Source: Phoronis australis (lineage: Eukaryota; Animalia; Phoronida). Taken from it: a stretch of DNA of 64,000 nucleotides. The notes below the pieces were generated by a model. It did no database searches. It worked only from the letters and a program-made list of their open reading frames with translations, and was not told the origin of the DNA. This document shows, piece after piece, positions 11,218 through 26,200 of this stretch (its first letter is position 1; the number at the start of each line of letters is the position of its first letter). Position numbers and translations under genes: made by a program. Location: positions 286,576 to 350,575 of the forward strand of contig NMRA01000082.1 of the NCBI GenBank assembly GCA_002633005.1, written 5' to 3'.

Positions 11218-14200
11218 CTAGAACAAAGCAAGGCAATAAATTGTGAAAATGTACAAACAGATAACCTTTTTACGTTATACAATAAAGAAATTTAAAGTGC
11301 CAATAAAATGATAAAACATTTCTCCCAGCAAAAACACCATCTGACGAGGTGCTTAAAAACCTATCTTTTAGGAAGACTAAATTTGCTTAAATGCTGCCAC
11401 ACTGTGAGACTCATGCCACGCAGTAGGTTGTTTCAAACAAGACACAAGACAAGAGTTTCTTTTTCCAGCCACAGTGGAATAATTTGTCTAACAATTGAGA
11501 TTTTCAATTGACACAAACATTTTACCTTGACACAAGTATCAGAAACAGCATTCCAGGGGCCGGGATCAAATCTCCAAACTCAAACTTAAAGTCCAAACTT
11601 ACGAGTTTTGCGCACATATTTGCCGTCTTTGGAGGACTAATGCATTCTGATTAGAATGAACTACTTCATTCTCACGTGTCATGTAAAAAGAAATGAAATT
11701 AACAAAAAGATTATGATTTTCTTTTGTTCTTCATTAGTGACTCTGATGCAATGGCCAAGTACGATATGGTTGACCCAGATGAATTTCCAGGTTAAGTTAA
11801 ATTGCACTTTATGACCCCAAGATTTGAGCTACGAACTATAAGTCCAAACTAGGATTTACGAGTTCAGACTTAAACATATATTGGAGTCATCAAGTGCAAA
11901 CCAGGATTAGATATTCACCCAAGGTAACTTATAATGAGTTTCAATCTTAATAATTCTGAACAGAAAATGGCAATGAGTGTGAGTTCAAAGATAACGCCCC
12001 AAGCCCAGATGATTGGATAGCTTCAATGCCATCAACAGACAACGCGGTATACTTACTCGACAGGACTCGACTTGACACCCATATCAGCCACAGCCAAGTC
12101 ACTCTTGGAGTGACGACTCTTCACTTTGATTAGAGCCTCACAGAATTTCTGTCCCATCTCTTCCAGCTCTCGAATACTGATGTGGTTACCCTAACAACAG
12201 GAGGTCACAACGATGTAAGTCATCATTTGGCCAACAGATGGCAATAGTCAGCAGTTGACACAGCAAGTAAGTGAATATTTAGAAGAATCTTTCGACCAAT
12301 GACAAACACCAGATCTTAGCTAACCTGGGACCACTGGTACCATATTTGCCACACATTTTTGCCATTGCTGTAGTTGTATGGCGTAGCACCAAAATGCTAT
12401 GCATTTTTGATAATTGTTATGCATTTTTGCCGATGTTCATAATAAGGTTTTCAAACCTTCACTTTGCCTTTTACTTGCAATCCCTTTTGTCAGATAACTT
12501 AACATCATCAGCCTTACTCGACAGGGCCAAAGGAGTTATCAAGGAGTATAACAATACTCACAGTTACTAGACGTAAGAGCCTCTAGTAGGTAAGTAGCTA
12601 CATGCAATGCATTTTGACACTTGACCATATTTTGACTCATTTTCGTCAGTGCTATGGTTTGGTATAGGTTTTTACAAAAATTACTATCAATGGTTAGACC
12701 AAAAAATGGTTGACATATATGCATGAACCTAGTAACGAAAATCAAAATGGCTTCTATTTTCCAAGATGGCAGCCACTACACATTAGAAAGTTGATCCCCA
12801 CATAATCCAATATTGCAGCTGTCCAGCCACCATATTTGATTACATTCCCCTCTGTTTCCACGGCACAACCATTGAATTTCTGAGATCTGTCACTGACAGT
12901 ACTTATGACTCGCTCACTATTTCTACACTTTGAAATCTGATCTACCTACAACTAATCGACAAACGTAGCCTAGATTAAGATATCCCACCAAGTTACAGTT
13001 TCAAAGCAATTCACAACTTACCAATACCATTTACATCCCAAAGACTCTACTCATTACGTAGACCCTACCCCAGGCGACCCCAGCGTACCTTGTAAAGACC
13101 CTGGTCAAAACCGCAGAATGTACTCTCCATAGTGTAGCTTCGGACGACACCGATTTGACGCCAGACAACCACGCGCGCGGTCGACTCCTTCGATTTTTCC
13201 ACCATAAAGCTGCAGTTTCCCCAGCTGAACTGAGGCGTGGTCTGGTTAAGATACCGTGGCAACGTCTGCAGAAATGTCAACCAAAAATCAATGGCTAAAT
13301 TAAAAAGTTTTAATTACAACCCACTAATTTAGACTCACATAAATTCAAATCAAATTCAACAATATAATTGGTAAGTTAAGCAGATCTTAGGATGTGTTCT
13401 TGTTGTGGAAAATATCAATTTAAATAGCAGTGGCAATAAACAATAAATATTTAATTTTTCATTTTCCATACAATGCTATTACAGTCACGTGCAGCGCCAC
13501 CTTTGGAAAGTACTGCAAGTTTTAGTTCAAGGTTAGAATCCTTAATTTGTTTTAAATTTGTTCTTTAGTATGTTTCTAATCATACAGTCATGAAAACATC
13601 AAGCATCAAACTTGACAAATGCCAGTGCTTGAAATTTGTGATTAAAAATTAGCAATGTGAGGATTAAATACGACAACAGCTCAGAAGTGACGAGTTTCAA
13701 ATAGTTACTCAAACATAATTTATGAAGTACTTGTTTCTCACTAATTATACATAACACCCACATCAAAGTAGAAATGACATAATAAATCTACATAATAATT
13801 TCACTTATTATGTTCCCAGAACTTTGAAACCACTTCAAATGTAATGTTTTTATTACGTTTAAAATCTTATACTAGCTACCAACCAACCAGTCTACGTACC
13901 TTATAGCTCAAATCTTCCAGCTTGTTAGGCAACATGGCCGGGTTGTCCCAGTCATCGGGCTTCCAGGTCATGTTAGGACTACAGCCATAGAGGAAGACAT
14001 TCTTTCGCCTTGAGTGGCCGTGGTAGTCACAGTACACCTACAGGGGGCGTAAACACACTAAAGGTTATGTTGGACCTTATCAACAAGTCTGCATATTTAG
14101 ACAAATATCTACAAGCTAGATTCTAACTTGCTAAATATAGATGTTTTCTGGTACAGTAGAAAGCCTGTAACATTCTCATCATGTGACCACGTGTTCTGAG

Positions 14201-17200
14201 TAAAATATAGCAAAAAAGAAAGGTATATTGATAGCAAAACAACAGCATCGATAACACGATAACAGTTTATTTGAAATAAATGTAGTAAATAAAATTTCAA
14301 AACGCTGTTTCTATTTTCTAAATTATCATTTGTTTGTGTTTCATGCAACTTTTGATGTTTTTCATGAAAATCACCAAAGTCCTGTTATTTATAGTCCTCG
14401 TGCAAAAGTGTAACACTTCAAAACAATTCCTAGCAGCGTTTTAGCAAATAATGCATCAACCATAGAATCTGCAAGTTTCCCATGAATCTGATCAGCCATT
14501 CCTGAGATGTGATGTTCCAAAATTAGCCAAATTTGCACATTTTTCTATGATCAGACTCACGACAGAATTAAAGTGCAATCAGTGGCAGACTCAATATTTA
14601 ACCTGACTAAGAGAGTGTGGTCACATTGTTTGCAATTATTTTATCCCAAAACGCAAGACTGACGAGATTCTCTTATCAGCTGATATGAACTTACAACAAA
14701 AGTAACTGTTCTAATTCCTTTCTGCATTGACGTTTTCTTTTCAATAAAAAAATCAAATTCTTTACCCATATGCAGTTGACGTAAAGAATTTCAAAAATCA
14801 TTAGAACACAAAGCAATTTTGAAAGCTGATGAGTGTCAATTGTGGTCACATCACTCACGTCTAAAATTCTCACACGTTACAGACATGAAACCAGCGAGAT
14901 AGAGGAATATCACATTCACTTACAGTACAAGCCAAAAGTATTGAGACAAAATTACCCAGAATTCCCCCATCATGACTGCTAAGCAGAAGCCAAATTCATA
15001 GTCAGAGTAGTCTCCCCTGATGACCGAGAATGAAGGGGAAGTAACAGGAAAGATAGCAAGGTGGCTTAGCGATTTTGAGATATTAGAAATTTCCTTCAAA
15101 GGTATTGCAAAACATTTTTGCTTCCAACAGAATTAGCCGTCTTGATGGGGAAAACGGAATTTGTCCGATCACTTTTGTAGCAGCAGGTTGGGGCTCACCA
15201 GGGGTACTTTAGAGGTCAGCTTCATATACATCAACAATCCCTTACAGTGGTAGATGGAAGGGTGAAGCTTGGGGCAGGGGTGGAGCCAACGACGATTCAG
15301 GTCCTCGGCTGTCAGGGAACATCGATGGCTGGGGAAGGAGAGATAACAATCAAATTAGGGCCAAAGGTTTACTGACCTCTGTAATCAAAGCTAAAATAGA
15401 AAACTGACAAATTGCATGTCATGGTTCTAATAAACTAACAAATTTGTACTCAAATCACACAGTGTGGTAGGTCAATTTTATGAAATAATGTGGGTCCAGT
15501 CTGAGCTTGGAGATTAGAATCAAGTCTAAATTATATTGCATGTTTGTTTATAAGCCAAAATATTCACAGTAATAATAATTGTCATTTGACAATTCTACAA
15601 AACCAAAATTTTCTCGCAGATTCTTATGAAAACCGATCAAATGGATTGACTTCTGACCTATAAAACTTCTTGCAAAAATTGACAATTTTCAATCATTCAA
15701 AAATGTCAATGGCATTCCCAAACAAACTTCAATCATCAAAATTAACAATCACGTTTCTTGTAGAAAATTTCAGTGATTTGTTTACAAGACAGTGGTCTAA
15801 TCGTCATTAGTGACACTCAGTCTATGAGCTCAGTATCTCTTTATGTATAAACAAATCTATATCACAGTGGCCTCACTTTCCGTTGATAACACCATCTGGA
15901 TTCAACATTGGCACAATTTTAAAGATGAACATCTCGCGGAGACTCTGGGCGGTCGGTCGGTCACTCAACAGGTACTGGATGGTCCCCTTCATGATCCAAC
16001 TAGAGTTACTCTCACCGGGATGGACACGTGATGACAGGAAGATGTATGGTCGTGATTCTGCAATGGAACGTCAAAGCTCAAAGTCATCTATGGAGCTACG
16101 GAAAGTTAGGTATTAGTTTTCAGGATAGGAAGTATTGTGTGTAAGTGAGTGACACAAATAAGCATGTGTACAATCCTACAATAGAAAAATGACTCATTCC
16201 TTTAGAAACTCGGTTGGTTTCATAGCACCTTGTACTTCATCAAAAGATTTGTTAAAGAATCGCTGCCATCAGAAAACCTGTTTATCAAGACCTGAATGAA
16301 AAACTATCAGGCTGAAATAAACAGATGTGTTGTGGACTAAAACTGGACAACTGTCAAACTGTCTGACTTCTGAAATTGAATTCCTCAAGAAAAGTTAAGA
16401 TAATTTTTACCCGAAGATGAAGAATGATTTACCATGCCTCACTCAGCTTCTCCTGTTTACGTTTGCACTCCAACTCACTATACAATGCAGCAAAACTTTA
16501 TTGGCATCAGGCTGACAAACATGGACTTAATTTTAATGTAAAATAGTGAGCAGCAATGTACAGCAGTGGGGTAAGTGCACTACGGACACACAGCATTGTG
16601 GGTAAATACCGTAGCAACAGAGAGGGCGCTGTTATAGGAAGTGGCAATTATAATCAACCAGAATCAAAATTATGCATTAGGAATTTCAAACAAAAGCTAA
16701 CTGGCATGCCAACACCACAAGGAGAATCAAGAAGAGTTTAAATCAGTATTTCACACTGTTTAGCTGACTAACTGATGAAAATTGAATTGGCACTCCGACA
16801 AAACTGATCTTGTAATATTCCTTACTGTTATTGGGTTTTATTTCTTTTCGTTTCAACAAAAACATCGAACTCATCCATGACTCAAGAAAATGATGCACAG
16901 TGTATTGGGATTGGCCAACACTAAAATTGTGGATTTGAGAAGGGCCCAAGTACTCATTCGGCAATAAATCAAGAATGGATTAGCTTGGTAATGTTCTTAA
17001 ACCCCAAAGAGCTTTAGTTAAAATTCAACCCTAAGAGCTTAAAACCGGTGACAACTATTGAGCATATGATGAAAACCCATGCAATGAAGTTAATCTACAC
17101 TTACTTAGTTGTTCGATGGATTCTGCGTCTAGGGTTTGAGGCTTGGCTGTGATGGTCAGTACAGGGACATCGTTACCCGAGACTGTCTGACACAGAGTCT

Positions 17201-20200
17201 GATGGCGGAAGTAGACGGAGGCGGGGTCATGGGTATTCTGCCACCGGTAGATGTTAGTCTGGAAGTAGGCGGGGCTAAGTGGTTACCATCACCTGATAGC
17301 AATAGGTCTTAAGGCCGCGGTACACTAGGGAGTTAGAGCAAGAAATGGCATCTCTAATAAGGCAGCTTGTGTATCTAGAGAAGCGAACTGTATGTTGTTT
17401 GAAGCTGTCACGGACACCCAAACCACACAAGGTTAAGTGAGACTCGAAAATTGACCAAATGGATGGCAAACTTTGAGTCGTCCTTCAATGGTTTGATTGA
17501 TAAATTTTCCAAAGCAATGTATGCGGTTCTTTGGGCAGTAAAACAGTTATAATATTGGAAATATCAATAGCAGCAGAGTGGAGAATCAGTTGCAGGGTAT
17601 TATCATGTATGTAGTTTTGTAAGTTGTGTATCTCGTAATTACGAATGCAATGAATCCCGGGCCCACCTGCATATTAAACAATATACACTAGAAAGCGCAT
17701 GACGTTATCATGCACCACCATGCAATAGTTGAACACTGCACCTGGTGTCAAGCAACAACATAAGTTATCCAGAAGACACATTTTAGGCAAACCCAACACA
17801 GGAGAAATGATAAGATATAACAAAGTTGATTATCTTGTGACTGTTGCACTACCTCTGATACATCATGATTTTAATAAAAAGTTATCCTGTGATTGTGACT
17901 AATTTTAAAACTGATGACATGGGATGACACACACGATATGGTAGATACTACTGATGATGTGGGATGACATAACGTATGATATGGAATGATATCACTGATG
18001 ATACAGGATGATATCATTAATAATATGGGATGGCGTCACTGATGACATGAGACGAGATGATACTGACGATACGGGATGACATAACTGATGATGTGGGAGG
18101 ATGTCACTAATGATGATGAGATGATATCACTGATGATAGGGAGGACGTCACTAATGATGATGAGATGATATCACTGATGATATGGAAGGAGATAACTGAT
18201 GACACGGGATGACATAACTGATAATATTGGATGATATCACCAACGATATGAGATGACCTCACTGATGATATGAGACGACATTTATTAAAATATGAGATGA
18301 CATCATTAGTTACATAGAATAACATAACAGACAATATGGAGCAATATCACTAAAGATATGGGATAATATCATTTGGTTGGCTATCTTACCTGCAGCATGG
18401 TGTATGTGTACGGATAATGATAGGCTAGATAGCAGACGTCGCCAGCATGTTTGAACGTTATGGTGAACGTTGCCGTGTAATACGCCTTGCCTCTAACTCC
18501 CCCCGTTGTCTGTGAACTGCGCACAAAATGGTTGCGGTAGTAACAGATCTTGCCACCTGTACGGAGCCAATAGGGTTTGCCATCAACAGCCTCAGTCACT
18601 GAGTAGAGTAGTGGACGCATACCTGAGAAAGATCGTTATGATGAGTGAAAATTCCATAATATGACATGCTCAGCACGTAAGCGAAAAACGATGCACACAA
18701 AGGAGATCATGGGTAAGATGCCCACTACTAAGTCTGATTAGATTTCTGTGCTTGACCAGTGGTCACAATGGCTCAGTGGCTAGAGCGTCTGCACGGTTAG
18801 CAGAAGGTCCTGGGTTCGAGTGCCAGTCGGGGGCAGAAGACTTTTCAGACTTACATTCATTAGGTCACGTGATGTGACCAAAAAGATGGCGGGTTGAACG
18901 GGATTAACTATTTCCAACATAAAAAATATGCTATCCAAACAACAACTAGTCAAATCGAACACAAATAGAAGTGCTAGTATTTATAAATCTGACAGATGAG
19001 ATGAACTAATCAATTGCAGTTCCAAGTGAGTACAGTTGAATTCCAGCACAAATTCTCAATCACAAAATAAAGCTGGAATTCTGCGCTAACATTTTCGGGT
19101 TGAGATTAATTTTCCATTAAATTCGCATATAACTCACAAACAAGAAAAATTCCAGAGATGCTGTGGCCAAGACCTGTACTGGGGTTCATTTACACATTCA
19201 TCAAACACACCGACTACAACCAAAATGTGCTGAGATGGCATGGTCAACAAAAATGCTCTTGAAGAATTCCCCACATGATCTGTCAGTCATATGTTAAGGT
19301 TAAGCAATGATTGCACATGCATGGTTAAGTATAGACACACAAAGTCTCACCAAAGTTGAACTGGCTGTTCAATTTTTCACAGTTGATGATGTTGAACCTA
19401 TAGGGAACATCAGCCTCCATATTGCTGACCTCGAAGTAGAACCACTGGTGGTGATGGTTGCTATTAACGTCAGGGTTCAGGATCAGGTCGTACTCATAGC
19501 GACGAACCTAGAAACAAGGTCAAGGCATTGAGCAGGGCTAGGAATGATCAATGACAAAAAGAGGAAACTTTTCCAGTTGATGTATCATTCTACCAATATA
19601 TAGAAATATCTTTTAGTGTTTAAGTAAATAAAGTCAAAATAATTTCTGACAAAAAAGTGACGAAAAAACAGGAAACTTGCAACGTCAACCAAAAGGAACT
19701 CGAAACCAAAAAATAACTCTATAAAAGAGGAAAATTCCAAGCGTTAAACAGTTCTTCACTGATATAACACCCAGTATGTCGGACAAGTGAAAGTTCTCTT
19801 CGGCAAAGTTCTATTTGCTCAGTTGGTTTTGTGAAGACGTCCCACAACAGCATTAGGTTGAATTTCTAATTAATCGCAACAACAGAACGTAATCGGCCTT
19901 TGAAAAAATAGAAAAATGATTCTAACAATATAATGTGAAATAAGTGAGTAATTAATGCAAAATAATTGACGTCAGAGTCTATGACAACAGTACACTACAC
20001 ATACCTGAACAACCTTACGTAAGTTCCCACACTCAAACTGAGAGTCAAACTGTAGACAACATGTGTCGTTGTATTTGCCGATTCTGAAAACAAGAGAACA
20101 ACGCATGTTACAATGGGAAACTTGTTCCGCTTGAAGTGAAGGAGGTTTCAAATATCTCGAGTTCCCCAATCAAAGACATTTCACCCACAATATTTCCTCT

Positions 20201-23200
20201 CAACACTTTAAATTGTACCAGATTTTTATGAATTTAAAATACCTTTGTGCAAAAGAATTGACTAAAATGGACCCTAGACAAGTCTTAAAATTTACTATCA
20301 CCCACACAGTCAAACAAAATATAGTACGACGCCTCAACTAATTTTGCAAGATGCATGTCTTTTGGCTACTTAATTAATTTAAAAACTGCTTAAGATATTT
20401 GAAGATGTATTTTGACTTATTCAGTTGTCACTGTTGAATTCTAAACTGAAGCAATTTGGAGTTTGAAAACATTTACCAAACTTGCCCACGCTGAAACCTT
20501 TTCTCAAGACACTGATGACTTCGAAGTTCTTGTTGATTACAGGTAGAATCACATCACAGTAACAAATGTGATGAGACTGACTATATAAAAGTGAATGTCC
20601 CCATTTGACTTTCACTTTTAAGGCAGATAAACAAGACAAAAAGCAGCTTTAAGTGCATTGTCCAAAGAATCTCATTTTTAGGCTCTTCAAACATGTTTAA
20701 AACCTCTTGTAAACATTATTTTAGCCAGTAAACAGGCCATACTACAGCTTGAACCATACCTCAAGAGGTCCTGATTCAGCCAGTAAACAGGCCATACTAC
20801 AGCTTGAAGCATACCTCAAGTGGTCCTGATTCAGCCAGTAAACAGGCCATACTACAGCTTGAAGCATACCTCAAGTGGTCCTGATTCCTCAATGAGGAGT
20901 ACTGGCAAGTATACTGTGGCCTGGCAAGTTCGGCAATTTTGTCAAGGTCATAGACAGAGTTGTCTATGACCTGATCAGGGTGAATCATCCTGTCAATGTC
21001 CTCGAAGATTTTGGACCTAAAATGAAAGTAGATGAGAATGGTTTTGACTTTTGGCAGGAAAAGGAAAATTGCAAATAACTTAGAATATCTTCTGTACAAC
21101 TTATGTTGTACAACAAACATGCAGTAGAGAGAAGTCGAGAAGGCTTGAAAATGGCCAATAAAATTAACCGTGAAAATGAAATAAATTCAATTAGTCCCAA
21201 ACAACTTAAATAATTTGGCACATAAAGTAAAATATGTTCAAAGAAATGCCATTATGGCTATCAATATTATTTTACACAACAGTGAATGACAGTGAATAAT
21301 GCATTTGTAAAACCAAAATCCATAAAGGTTGAATACAATAGTGCCTGCAGTTAGAAATCTTATTAAAATTTACAACAGTTACTTTGAGTACAGGCACCCT
21401 TAAGTGCCCATACCATGCAGCCATAAACTTGTCAAAAACCTTTGAGCTCACGTGAAAATGGAATGTCACAAATTTGAGAGAATCACAAAAAAATAAGATT
21501 CCCATTCACGTTTAAAAAAAGCCTTGCACAAAAAAGCAAGCCGTCCAAACAACTAAACACCACAAAATAAATATATCCAGACAAACTCCAATGGCAGTTT
21601 TCCCATACGAGCAGTAGGTTGTTCAATTATCTATTAAATATTAGTCTTCTAATCCACTTGTTACCTCTGCACACCAAATTTCCTATCGTACAGAGTCTCA
21701 CTGAATGGTGGAGATTTATGTCCGTGTATATCTGGGTAAGCTAGCTTGTTGAAACGTCCTGCGCTCACTGTTTTGGCCGCAAACTCTTGAAACACTTCTG
21801 GAGTCTCGTAAACTGCACCAAAATCCTCGTCATCTTCCTCCCCAGTCGATAAATTCAGCTCGTCGACACCAGATGCTATCAAGTCAGGGACCATATCGAA
21901 TTGAAAATCGTCCAACGATCCATCGTCGAGTTTCTTGGACGATTTCGGCCGCGGCTTACGCAATTTGGCATTCGATTTCTTTCCCTTCGTTGTCAACTTC
22001 GGACTCGATGTACGTCGCTGCATGCGAGGGGAAAAGTCCAATGAGAACACTGGTGTTCCCGTTTTTATGTTTACAGCGCTGACCTCAGCCTGCGACCCAC
22101 TGTCTGACCTCCTGTCCGAAAGGAGGCCAGTTACAAACTTTGGACGATTAGTCTGCAGTCCAGCAACTCCAGTATCATCCGAAGTAGACATGCTGCTGCC
22201 CGAAGTGTTTAGCCGACTCTGAACAGACGAACTAGAGCGGAATTCTTTCTCGCCTCTGTTGCGCGACGCACTCAGACAGGGGGAGCTAGTTGGGTTGTGC
22301 TTTACGCCAGCCGCGGGCTGGACACCAGAGTCAGATCGACTGTCATCAGAGTCTGATATGATTGGCTGAAATTACAGAGAAACACTAAATGATTGCCAGA
22401 AAGCAAACAGCACATTGACTGGCTGAAAGTGAAGAATGACACCATATGATTGACTGAAGGTAGAGACTGGCATGTAAAGGACAATGAACATACGCCATCT
22501 CTTAAAAACCAACTTATTTGAGTTTCAACTTAGACCACTCAGTCACCAATATTACAAATTTGGTCTTTTCTAGTTTTGCACTCAGATTAAAAGTATTTTC
22601 TGGGCTTCAGAAGAATTGTCAGGTCATTATTGCTTGGGGCCAGACTCATAACATTTGCTCGTTGCGGCAAATTAACTTCAGCACTCATGGGAATTCCAGG
22701 CATTGTATTGCAAGCAATTTCATTTCCAAAAGATTATAGGACACACCAACACGACTTACAATACACCAGGAAAGAGCTTCAAAAGGAGATTTGTCAGTTT
22801 CAAATTGGCATGCATCACCACCATGGTAAAAGAATTAGAGTTAAGATGCTACTAGATTAATAGGGTATCAAAAGTGATAATTAATAAATAATCAAAGCAA
22901 CAATCGGTGTTCATAAAATGACCCGTTGGGTTAAGCCAACAGGTGGAGCCACGTCTCGAGCAATAATGAACTGTGAGTTCCTTCCAATCCCTGGAACCAT
23001 TTACTCTTAGCTAATTAGAGTAAGAAACAATTTGACCAAAATGTTATACTGGTAAGAAATCTAATTTCAACATCTGACTGTCTGAAGACTGACGATTGAC
23101 TGACTGACCGACTGATGACCAAAAAATTGACAACTGACAGACTGATTATTGGCTGACTTGACAATTGATTGACTGACAGACTGACAATTGATTGACTTTC

Positions 23201-26200
23201 TGACTGACTGACCGACGATTGACTGACTGACTGATGATTGACTGAATGACTGATGATTGACTGACTTACTGACTGACACACAACACAATGCAAAACGATT
23301 TATTCCTGGCTACGCCATATTCAATCAAATACCAAAGGAAACTTGTTTCAGAACATAACAAGTAATTTACCTCAAACTCAGTTTGTTCTGGGAAAAATTT
23401 CTCATATTCCATGAGGTCTTCAGGCGTTCTCTTATAAGGAGGCTCTGCGGTCAGTTCATCAACGTTATCCTCCTAAAACAGATTAGTTGACAATAAAATG
23501 TTGTCAGAAAGGTATTTCAAATGTTGATTGACAATAAAACATCGTCATAAAGACATTTTTGATGGGATTGACTTTGTAATGCAGTGCTGAGACATAAGAT
23601 AGCATGCAAAGTCTATAAAATATTACATGACTCAGTACCAAAATATTTTAAATATCTGAGAGGTATAAGTCTTACAATTTGTGAGATGAATACTTGTTTC
23701 AGGCTGAGGTTTTTTTGGTTCCAGGTAACATTCGTCCGGAAATCACCACCGGTGTGTCGAGTCTGGTCTTTTCATAAGATGCTTGGGAAACAGGAGGGGT
23801 CTGTGTGCGGTTGTTCGTTGCATGCATCCTAAGAGGTCAAGTGTACTTTTAGCACTTGTTTCTCTTGTGGTTTTGCATGTTAACCTTTGCATATTGACCT
23901 TTGCATGTTGACCCCATTGTAGGATTTTAGTTTGACGGCAATTCTTCATTTATTTAGTACATAACATGACCGACAAGTGAAACTCAATTTTGTCAAATTT
24001 CACAAGATAAAGGTTATGAAAATTTGAGTCCATTACAAGCATAGTTGATACTGTGTAGATTTCATAAAACAACATTTGGTAATAAAAATGTCCATAATTT
24101 GTAGTAAAATACAGCAATTTCGGCAATTGTTTTTGGGCAAATTAAGTAGAGAATTACCGTAATATTGAATATTTCACCGTGGTCAAAATCATTTAGGTGA
24201 CTATATGGTTTCCAGTATCACAGTGACATAATAATATGCAGACATGATACAAAAAGCCAAAAGTCCTTCAAGAACTTCCAGACACCTCCATCCAAAATCA
24301 GAACAGAACACCGAGAATTCGACAAAAAACGACGAAGTTTTGAAAACCAGAAAGTTGCCAAAACACAACCGCACAATCCCCACAAAATTGAACGCTTCAA
24401 AACCGCTAACGCAAGCCTTCAAATCGCTCGTACTCACTGTCCAGGATGACAGCACACTGACAGCCATGCCAGGTATTCGCCTAACAAGACTGAAAATGCT
24501 GGAAACTACTTCCCACGCCTTTTCCGTCACGGAACTCCTACGAGAGCCAGTTGCGTCTGGACTTTCTGCACACTGTGGAGCACGGCTTGTGGTTGAATTT
24601 ACTGCATCAGAGTCAACAATCACCTCGGAAACAGTGGTCGATTTTTCCACAATAACAGACTCTACCATTTTGGGAGACCCCTTTTTCGTTTTGTTCATTT
24701 TTCTCTCAGGAGACCCATCACTGCCACTTGACAGGCACTAAATAAGCAAATGAAACTGATACCTTGGCAGTCAATAACTAATAAAAATAGTTCTGTATTT
24801 TTGAGCTAGGTGCTACAGGCTTAAGCACACAACACCACTCGTCAAGTAGATATTCACTAGTGACAAGTCTGGCTTGTCCAGTACCTGGCACGTCCAGGTG
24901 AAAATGTTGACCAAAAATGAACAGGAACTTCCAAAGGATGTATCAGTCGACGTAATGTATGGAAAGAAAATCTGAAAAGCGGTGTATTGTTCAAGTGCCT
25001 TAATAGTAATCTCCGTTTGTCAATATAATTAAATAACCATTTTCCAAAGTACTGCATGATTCCACGACATTTAACCACAATGCACCACTTCAGATCAAAA
25101 TTAGCTTTTGTTGGTCATCATTCCCATGCCAATAAACTTTCATTGTTGTGCGTTGCAGTGCTGACAATATGTTTTTCTACCTCCACAGCATACAAGGAAG
25201 GGAATCTGGATGTGGGAACCAGCCAATGACAAGTAGCGTGGCATTACCCAATCACGAAAAATTTAATCGCAATTTAAACCTTTTCATGTCATGCTTGCCA
25301 CGTAGCAAATAATTCGTAACAGCACTTGTTTGCCATGTGTTCTGTTCTTGTGTAACTGGCTTCACCATCGCGACACGCTATGTTGGTACATAATGTTCAA
25401 AGACGTTGGCACGGCAACCCAGTTCCTCATCATTTCAAGATGAACAGTGTTACACAAAATCAGGCAAACTACTGCCCTCTACAGGCATGCATTTGGTTAA
25501 TACCAATTGTGGACATGTAGTGACATCACACCCAAAATGGCAGCAGTGCAGCCATTTTGATGTCTACAAAAGAATAAAAAAGACAAACCTAGCTGGAACT
25601 AAGTGCCCAATATTAATGGCAAGCTGTTAGTTTGGACTCGAACACATATCTAATATTTTATTCATAGCTACTCAATGCAGCAGTGGCAACAGGAACCACA
25701 AAGCTGGTGAATGTTCGGCACGATACTCAGCAGGCACACGGAATGACATCACGAGAGAAGGCAGAGGCGGAAAACGCTGACTACAACAGGATAATTGAAA
25801 CACACTTTGTATAGGTGGCGCCACCAATAATGCTTCGCTAGACAGAAACGACGCATCAACGCAACAAGCCGTCGAAATCACATGCACATCAAGCCAGAAC
25901 TGGACGCGGCTCATGCTCATTACTCACAAGCTCTCGATAGATCTCATCGAGAATCGCCCTCCGCCGGGCGGGATCAGCCATCTGTAGGCAAACACAGCAA
26001 CAAAAAACGTATACCACACCATCGGGTTCCACTAAAAGCAGGACTTCTATAACTCAACATGTGTAGTTTCAGGCACAAAACAAAATGTCTTCAAATTATT
26101 ATGAAATGGCACAAATATCCATCTCTATGTGGACTGGGATCCTAAAGCTATAGAAACAGTTGTTTTGGTGGAAATTGCGTTTTTTGCATCCATTGGATCG

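Noticed and set aside
18761-18835. Functional tRNA gene
   Set aside because: The acceptor stem does not pair and the anticodon loop lacks U33
23015-23293. Ser/Gln/Val-rich ORFs
   Set aside because: Translation of the GACT tetranucleotide repeat
24244-24741. 165-aa plus-strand ORF
   Set aside because: Antisense shadow of the minus-strand frame, which is the one with an in-phase acceptor and a polyA signal
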